Assembly (NCBI GenBank): GCA_013115125.1
Contig: JABANN010000312.1
Location: 1-40,549 of the forward strand
Source: Perkinsus olseni
Taxonomy: Eukaryota
Length of the DNA: 40,549 nucleotides
Reading direction: 5' to 3'
The translations under genes were made by a program, and so were the position numbers. The notes beneath the pieces are model-generated. The model did not search any database. It had not been told where the DNA came from and saw nothing but the letters and a program-made list of their open reading frames with translations. Every line of letters begins with the position of its first letter. The first letter of the stretch is position 1. Positions 33,200-40,549 of this stretch are shown here, one piece after another.

Positions 33200-36100
33200 C
33201 ATGGCCATCAGTATGCCTGCCAGGTAGTGGTCACCGGCCTGCCTTCTGGCACCAGCCGTACTTCATTAATCTAATCAGTGACAGCATCATCTATTGGACT
33301 CCTGCGTCGTTTGAGGCCTACACGGACGATTGCCCTGTCCAGCTTGTTTTGTTGTTGTCACGATGTTATGGCCTCGGGGTGAGGTTTTCGACCATGCCAC
33401 CGTCCATACTGCAGTGCGTTGGAGCGTTCGAGATGTAATGGAGTTTTTAAAGGGCCTCAAGTAAGACCTAGGGTAGGGACTCGATCGTTGCTCATCTCCG
33501 AGCGCAGGAAGTCGATTCCCGGCACGGCTGTACTACGGACACGATTCCTGGACTACTGTGCGGATCCTGGCGAACATACACCACATCTCACCCAGGCCGA
33601 GGCAGTCGCGTAGGGATCGCCCCCTGGGGGGCCAGCCAATGGAGTCGTAACGGCTGCCGTTCTTGCCGTAGATACTGGACGGTATTCTCGAATATTAACC
33701 GAGCCGTCTTCCCGTCCCCTTCCGGCAGCAGCAATGCTTCCCTAAAAACCTCGGCATCGTTGGGTGATGCTAATGACTGGTGTGATATACGCGTTCTTGG
33801 AGTACTACTCTTCCTCCAGGTAGTGGGCGTGGCCTGAGACTGTGTTCGCGTGTCCGAGATCACTACGGCATATACTGTTGCAGATTTTCAGCCACTCCGC
33901 TGAATTGATCTTACTCGTAGGGGAGTGGCTAAGCTTAGTATCGAGTTAGTGGTCGTCTGGGGAACAGAGTGGATACAGACACGGTCGTTCCTCCTTCTTC
34001 CTTTGCGTTGAGGCCTCCCTCAGATCCTCCCGTATTCTCGTAACCTCAGACAGGAGTCATTCAGAAGAGGGACAGCAGCAGGGGAATCCTGGGTCCAGGC
34101 TCTTCCGGACGGTAGTACTCGGGGCAGTGGGAACCCTTTACTGGGGTTAGCACATATTGGTGACACGCAGACGTCACCGTGGCAGTTTCACTGCCACTCC
34201 GTAAAGGTAGCTACACCTCGTCGCCCACTGCTCATCGTCGTAATGCGTTATGACTCTGTCTGATGTCCGCTGGGGTGAACGATCTCTCGCATGTATTTTC
34301 TTTCAGTGTCAACGGCCGCTCATTCGCCCCGGTCCCAGTCCCAGGTAGTAGTAATAGCATCAGCATGACCTTCGAGATCCACTTGTATCGGATCCTCTCA
34401 GCAATCCCCTCGAGCATCGATGGTCATGTCGTCGCAGATCAGTGGTGGGCGAATTGGACGGGATAACCAGCAGGCCGTTGGGTTCATAAGGTGATGCTGG
34501 GAAAGGATCTGCCCGTTACCGTCACCATACTGAATAGTCACTTCATGCGCGAACCTTTCGTGGTGTATTCTCAGCCCAGCTAGTACTCAATGGCTCGGGT
34601 TTGGTTCTCAGGACACATTGCGCCAGCCTGTTGCGGATAGTATGTCAATGTTTTGAGGACCCCAGTGGAGCATCATCCCCAACATCGTCCCCTCCCAAGA
34701 AGGAAGTCAAAGTTGATAAGGTCTCATCAGAGGCAATGGACAAGCTGGGGTGCGATCCGAGGTTCTCTCGCTCAGTGCATCGAGCTGGTGTCTTCCTCCT
34801 CCAGGATCCTTATCGCTGGTGGCCCATCATTTGGGTCGCCCTGCAAGACCCTTCACGAAGCCGTGTTTGCGCTGAGCGGCGCCTCATCACTGCGGAGTCG
34901 TATCTCCAGTAGCCCTAGTATTGCCTTCGAGAAACTACAGGTAGGGAAGGGTCGTGTTAACTGATGGCTCTTGTGACGTCCTTGTTAGGGTCTCATCGAA
35001 TCCAACTTGGTTTGGAATGAGGTCGTCTACACCCCCACGCTGGGCACCAACAAGTCTGGCCCAATAAACACTGAGAGCCCATCTAGTTGTGCAATCGGGT
35101 AACCTAATCGTCATTGACATCCTCAGGGTTGGAAGATCCTTAGCAGGTATCGGTCGTTAACCCTCTCTGGTTTGTCTAAAACCACTATTCTCCGAGATGT
35201 TACCCGTGGTAGCTCAGCGACGGATTTGTTGTATATCTCCAATTGTAGCGAGACCGTCATCTACCTCACTGGTGAGTACGCTGTGGTTATCATCGTTCTC
35301 TGCCTACCGCTTGTGGTAGGTCCGATAAGATTTGCGGCGGTGGTCGGGTGTGTTGACTGTGATATAGTGTTGTTGTGCTGCACCTGTCAAGTCTCTGTGG
35401 CGAACTGCGAGCGGTGCAATATCCATACTATTACAACGGCGATAAGGTGAGGCTCTCACCGCACTATGAGGGTCTTGGTCACTCCTTCTTCTATCAGGCT
35501 GGAAAGCGGAGTTGATGTGAACCTGTACACACTTACTCGGGTAGGTCCCATCACTGGGCCGACTCTGTTGCCATCGGTGTGCTCTCAGAATCCGCCTGTG
35601 ATCACTGGCGACTGCCGGGGCATCAAGTTAGCGCCCTTCAACGTTTTGTATAGTGGAAGTGCTGCGTTACTTGAGACGGCGGGGATGCTCGATCTCATAG
35701 GCACCGAGACGGAGCCGCCAAATCGATACGCGGTAGGGCAAGCGTGCGGACGGCTCGTTCTTGTCAATCCTATTCCTGAGCAGGCCGGTATCTGGGCGCA
35801 TCCGACATGGTGTCCATTGATGCCGGACGCAGGAGGGGATCGTGCGTCGTCGGCTAGTGCCACCTCGAACAGGAGTTCGACCGGTTCTGTTGGATCCGAC
35901 AAGCAGGCCACACAGGGATACTATCTCGTAAGGAGTTGCCGAAGGGTAATTGATCTCAAATTGGATGGTATCATCAGATGGCACCGGAGAGCTTCAATAC
36001 GGTCAGTTTTCCCGAGCCTCGAAGTGCTTCGCGTGAAGGGGGCCTTGACGGAGGCGAAACCGTACCCAAATTAGCATTGCCTGAAGTGTACTATGACGCG
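33200..36100 (-). mobile_element. Possible heavily decayed retroelement pol/integrase-like remnant
   Basis: A long coding-like but stop- and frameshift-riddled stretch with no evident intron structure. Weak integrase-region-like fragments: GLLVIP...H; YLRQERQPLRLHW...RPG*DVVYVRQ. No diagnostic motif confirmed. Confidence 0.3.
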
Positions 36101-36979
36101 CTGGTAAGTTAAGGATATGAGATAGGAAGTTCTTTCATGCGTGCGTTTGTCAGGAGGAGCGGCGAGAAACCCATGCGAAATTATGCGGCCAGCTAGATGA
36201 GATTGCCGATAGTGCTCGGCGGCAGCAAGTATCGGAGCTGATGGAGGGCTACTTCCGAGAATGGATTGCTAACACTAATCGGACGCGGCAGCTGGTAGAC
36301 TTGGTCAGGATATCTCAAGAGCAGCGGGAAGGTCGAGACAGAGCGAGTAGTGGCCGCGACCATTAGCGGAGCATTATATTCCTTGGGTATTATTCGGAAG
36401 ACCTTCCTCTCGGCCCTTCATCGCCACCCATATCATTTATGAGCTGTCTCCATTTATGCGCTCAAATGCATGGTGTTTCAAGTCACAATCACAGTCAGTC
36501 AGATGAGCTAATCCGCTTCGGCCAGCTGCGGCGTAAGAAATCAATGGCGGATGATTTGCCGAACCAGCATAGGAATTGTAATGCCATCACGATATGTCAT
36601 ATCGTTCGGCATATTAGGCGACGTCGTCGCCTAATCGCCGCGACAAGCAAATCTCGACACCGACACCGTGATATCCGCATCCTGCGGTACAACGTCTGAG
36701 ATATTATATCCCTGGCCTACCTCAGGTGATGCAGCTGCGGCAGCTGAGCTGCCGAACGACAACAGCGTCATACTCTTAGTGGTACACCACAACCCGCTGC
36801 CAGCGGGCCGCTGGACAGGCAACCGGTGCTAGGCCACAACAGGTGACAATACGACTATCTAAAAATATGATTAACTAGGGACATCTTATGTGAGCACTCC
36901 AACAGCATCGGCTACAGGCTGCAGGTCGGCAGGTTGCAATTTGCAGCGATTGTTGATCTCACATTGATTCTAGTCTTAC

Positions 36980-37270
36980 ATGTTTGTAAAGCATTGCTTA
37001 ATGCCTCTGCCGCATCTGCAACGAGTAAGGTTGAACTTCAACCGTTGAAGTAAGGCCGTGGAGCTAAGTAAGTAACAACTTGTCACTAAGTAAGGCCAGC
37101 GAATGAGGACCACACGGGCCATGGAGCGGAATGTCGCTCCTACTGTATGAGTCCTACAGTCTCCTGAATTTCATTACTCGTTAATGCAGAAGCTATAGGT
37201 CTGGACTCCAGACTCTGGAGTGACCCGTCCATTCGAGGCCACTCCTGAGCAGTAGGGCGTACCCAGTCAG
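36980..37270 (-). mobile_element. Degenerate MULE transposase fragment, copy 1
   Basis: Reads PIASALTSNEIQETVG...GATFRSM...TLLVADAAEALSNALQTC, broken by insertions. Paralogous to 37800-38050. Confidence 0.7.
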
Positions 37271-37708
37271 CTCAGGTCCGATGTAAAATCAACAGCACGG
37301 CTTAACTCTTGCATAAGAAAGTTACTCACCTCTTGTGATATCCTCGTCTTGCGGAGCCAATCCGGTATGCTGAGTATCCAACTCTGAGCCGTCAGAGGCA
37401 ATAGTGCTGCGGTTTGTGGAAGTTGATGTGGGCCGCGATCCGTCCGGGAACCCCATGTCATTGTCTCTCACAGACTTAGGCCGAATAGATTGGGATGTGC
37501 CCCATTCTCCTCGGTTCTATCAATTTGACACTATTGGAGTCACGTCTCTCAGAGAGCCTCCGGACACAGAAAGTTTCTTGGCAAAACCAGCATCGTGTCC
37601 ACGCGATCAGGTGTCGATTCTGGTTAAAGTAACAAGAAGGGCGATTTCGTCGAGGACGATTCGACACCGACGACCCACGTGTCCCAGGCTGGGACTCCCA
37701 GCATAGTC

Positions 37709-38050
37709 CTACCGGGAATGACAGAGGTGACGTAGTCCTCGTACAGCTCGCGACACTAATGGTGTTTCAGCGATTGTTGATCCCGCATTGAATGTAGTAT
37801 TACATGCTTGTTGAGCATTGCTTAATGCTTCCGCTGCATCTGCAATAAGTACGGTTGGTAGGTAAGGACCACGTAGCTCCTCCGGCTTTTGCGCCACGGA
37901 GCGGAACATCGCCCCTACAGCCTCCTGAGTTTCACGACTCGTTAATGCAAAGGCTATCGACCAGGTCGATAGCAGGTCGATTCGACCTGCAGTGACCCCT
38001 CCAATCGAGCCCACCCGTGATCAGGAGGGCATACTCAGTGAACCAGCTCA
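37709..38050 (-). mobile_element. Degenerate MULE transposase fragment, copy 2
   Basis: SIAFALTSRETQEAVGAMFRSVAQKPEELRGPYLPTVLIADAAEALSNA matches the MULE core pattern (P/S)xAFAL..ET.E....F..........P.(V)II.D...A(L).NA around the second catalytic Asp. Confidence 0.75.
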
Positions 38051-38849
38051 TCATGATTATCGATTTCAATGAAATCATTTCACCATCCTTCACATGATCC
38101 TCGATCTCTTCTTTGATATCAAGTCTCCTCCGCCTCAGGGATGGAGGGCCTCCATTGGAGGCGTTCCCACTTCCTTAGCTCTGCAGACCCAACACCGCAA
38201 ATATGGTACTTGCCTCTCAACGAACTGGTCCTCTTGCCCAGCTTTCGAGTTCACGATACTTCCCCAATGCTTTGTACCCTCCTTGAGTGAGTGAAGCTCT
38301 CTTTCTTTCGCTCTCAGTCTGAGAGCCTCAAAGCCATTTGCACATTCCTGAAAACCGAATCACGATATGCATCTCTTCATATTATGAAGTTCACAAATCG
38401 AGTCGAGAAAAACTCGAGTCGAGTGAGTCGAGTGACTCGACGTTGGACACTTACTTTCGGTTCCATATCTTGGTTATTTTAGGTCCTGATTCCTTGAAGC
38501 GATTATACGAAATAGAACAGGATCGCCAGGTACGTCCTTCCTTCTCTTCTAGGGTCTGGATGGAAGGGTCAGGATTTCCTCCGGCGTACAGCCTGGACAC
38601 TTGAGTGATGTCAGATGGATGTCCGACCTTCAATGCCGGTTTATGCCAGCATCACTCGCGTTACGCGAGTCGGCTCCATGTTCCGGCCTTGTGCAGTTTG
38701 CTCCCACCTTTCTCTCGCTGGGAGGTTGCAATCAATAGACATGAACCGCATCCTAATGGACTATGAACGAATAGTGTGCGATACAGCCGAGCGTGAGTAC
38801 CGTACTCAGAGTACCTAAACCTGCCCGGCAACTGCCCTGTTGCAGACCC

Positions 38850-38888
38850 CTGGGCGCGGCACTATTCATTAAATAGTGCCGCGCCCAG
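38850..38888. repeat. Perfect 17-bp GC-rich hairpin with 5-nt loop
   Basis: ctgggcgcggcactatt-catta-aatagtgccgcgcccag. Confidence 0.9.
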
Positions 38889-39899
38889 TGGCTTCAATAT
38901 CAGTTGTCCACTTGATAAATAGTATTCAACTCTTCAACAGCCGAACGACATCAAACCCTGTACTTAAGAGTTTGGTCTCTTTAAGTGCCGGCTTCATGTT
39001 TATCTCCCTAAGCGGTAGATCGCTAAATGGGCATCTCATTGAGATGATCTCAACCAGATGCCGCGTCGAGGATGTGAGCCGCGAGTGCGGTAGGCCGCCT
39101 ACCGTAGGCGTATCCGGGGTTTGATCAACTAACTCGGGTAAGTGTTCAGCACGAACCTTGCGTACGGTCTGCAGTCAAGATGTGTCAGTTTTTCGACTCT
39201 GTTCTCTCATTCGAAGACGCCTTGCAATAATATTGCTCGCTATTATAATATGAGCATATTATGGTCGCTGTCTGATGGATATCCCAGGGATATTATCCCT
39301 GGAGTCGGTGAGCTAGCTTATGGGAGTGGAGTGCCCCAAGGCTATGATGAAGCTATGCAGTTAGCAATCGTCAAGCGCGGATCCCCCTTTAGGCCGTATT
39401 GGGTACGCGCCCACGGGTTTTTCCCCCAAACGGTCTTTCTCTTACCCGGAGCAAAAAGGTGCGTCACTGACATGCGGCGATGGTACATGAAGCAATTTGG
39501 GGAGCGCAGCTCCGGCGGACACCGACAGTAGATCGGTCAAGATCATATCTGCTTAGGAGAACCCGGTCGAGCAGTGCCTGTGGTGATGATTCCAGACTGG
39601 AGCTCAGCCCGGGACCTTGGCAGGACTCCAGGCAGATGCTTTTATCGATGATCGACCACATGAAGCCTGTATGCAGCATCATGCTGGAAGTTGTCCGCTT
39701 GTTACGGTGATCAGTGAGGCCTGCCTGGCGAGAAGAGACTTCATTCTCAACGGAAACAAGTCATCCTGATTCGACCGAAGAATTTCGAGAGTATTCCCAC
39801 CCACTCAGTATTTCTCGCAATACTAGCACACTTTGCAGCAAGTATAGCCCACATATAGTGACGGCGAATGAACTTGGTTGGCTTTTCGTCAGTCAGATC

Positions 39900-40130
39900 A
39901 TGAACTGCATTCCTCTCCACTATTCGAATTCCTTGCCCCAATAACTCGTGCTATTCCGGAGTCTCATCTCACTGTTTTAGGCTAAAACTTTTAGCCGATA
40001 ATATTGGGCCGATATAGTTCGCGTGAGACTTTGCCGTATCCTTCCGCGAGCGTGCAACCTCCTAATCTTCGAAGATACGGGCTCCATTTAATGTCGCTCA
40101 CTCGGACGTGCTCCGGAACAGCCTCCCCCA
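39900..40130 (+). pseudogene. Intron-retaining fragment of the TM-RING gene (or a paralog), inverted relative to the gene
   Basis: Reverse-complement match to ~8590-8795: an exon (with TAA and an insertion), the GTGAGACTTTGCCG intron and the next exon YGLHLMSLTRTCSGTA. Confidence 0.85.
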
Positions 40131-40549
40131 TGGTCACGCATGTGCGAGTCGCATCTTCTCTTTTCGGGTTGCTTAGTTCACTGACCGCGCTGAGTATCTG
40201 TGACGGTACGGGATCTCTCGACGCATTTGCCATCGCTGAGTCATTGAATGACAACTATGTCGTCGGGCTTGGCTCCGTCCATAGACTCCCATTTAATGGG
40301 CTTATTTAGCCTGGTGCCTCAAAGCCCGTTGCCACTCCCCGTGTCACCACAAAGAAGCACGCGCGCGCATAGCCTAACATATGCGCGTTTCACCATGGGC
40401 GCAATCGGTTCAACACATCCAGCAATCGGAGTTTCAAGTCCGCCGACTTACTCTGATTCATTCAGTTGCAACCCTCGGTCCCGCCTGAAAATAGTGAATC
40501 CTGAAAATGGTGAAGGGCGAGAAAATCCGTATTTGTGGGTTTTTGACCC

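Noticed and set aside
35466-36074. 202-aa plus-strand ORF
   Set aside because: No recognisable motif or splice context; it lies in decayed DNA and is probably a shadow ORF.
1-40549. CRISPR array, Fanzor/TnpB, rRNA, spliced-leader RNA gene or prokaryotic operon
   Set aside because: No regularly spaced repeat-spacer array, no RuvC-type motifs, no rRNA-like segment and no CCGTAGCCATYTTGGCTCAAG leader were seen. The DNA is intron-rich eukaryotic sequence.

Overview
Eukaryotic, intron-rich genomic DNA with many ~45-60 nt GT-AG introns and very short intergenic gaps. The gene content (helical-repeat/RAP protein, intronless secreted subtilisin, secreted orphans) suggests an alveolate, most likely Perkinsus; this is inference. 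Genes were spliced by eye, so outer coordinates are approximate. On the minus strand: a secreted orphan, a large helical-repeat + RAP-domain protein with a mitochondrial-type leader, a transmembrane RING-H2 E3 ligase, an SCY1-like pseudokinase, SNAPC3, an orphan with a possible Rdx/SelW-like fold, and an apparently single gene fusing a STELLO/DUF288 glycosyltransferase-like domain to a GDP-sugar dehydratase/reductase-like SDR. On the plus strand: a secreted orphan and a subtilisin. Accessory DNA includes a decayed reverse transcriptase, a 266-bp Mutator-type MITE with a 10-bp TSD, two decayed MULE transposase fragments, a mosaic of locally duplicated gene pieces (24.3-26.6 kb) and an intron-containing fragment of the RING gene. 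The most unusual signal is a recurring sequence architecture: at least 15 'inverted micro-triplications' (unit, 1 nt, reverse complement, 1 nt, unit; arms 6-10 bp), plus perfect 1-nt-spacer palindromes with arms up to 18 bp. All those found lie in long introns, intergenic or decayed DNA, and some are insertions relative to paralogous copies, suggesting a stereotyped fold-back repair or mutation process.
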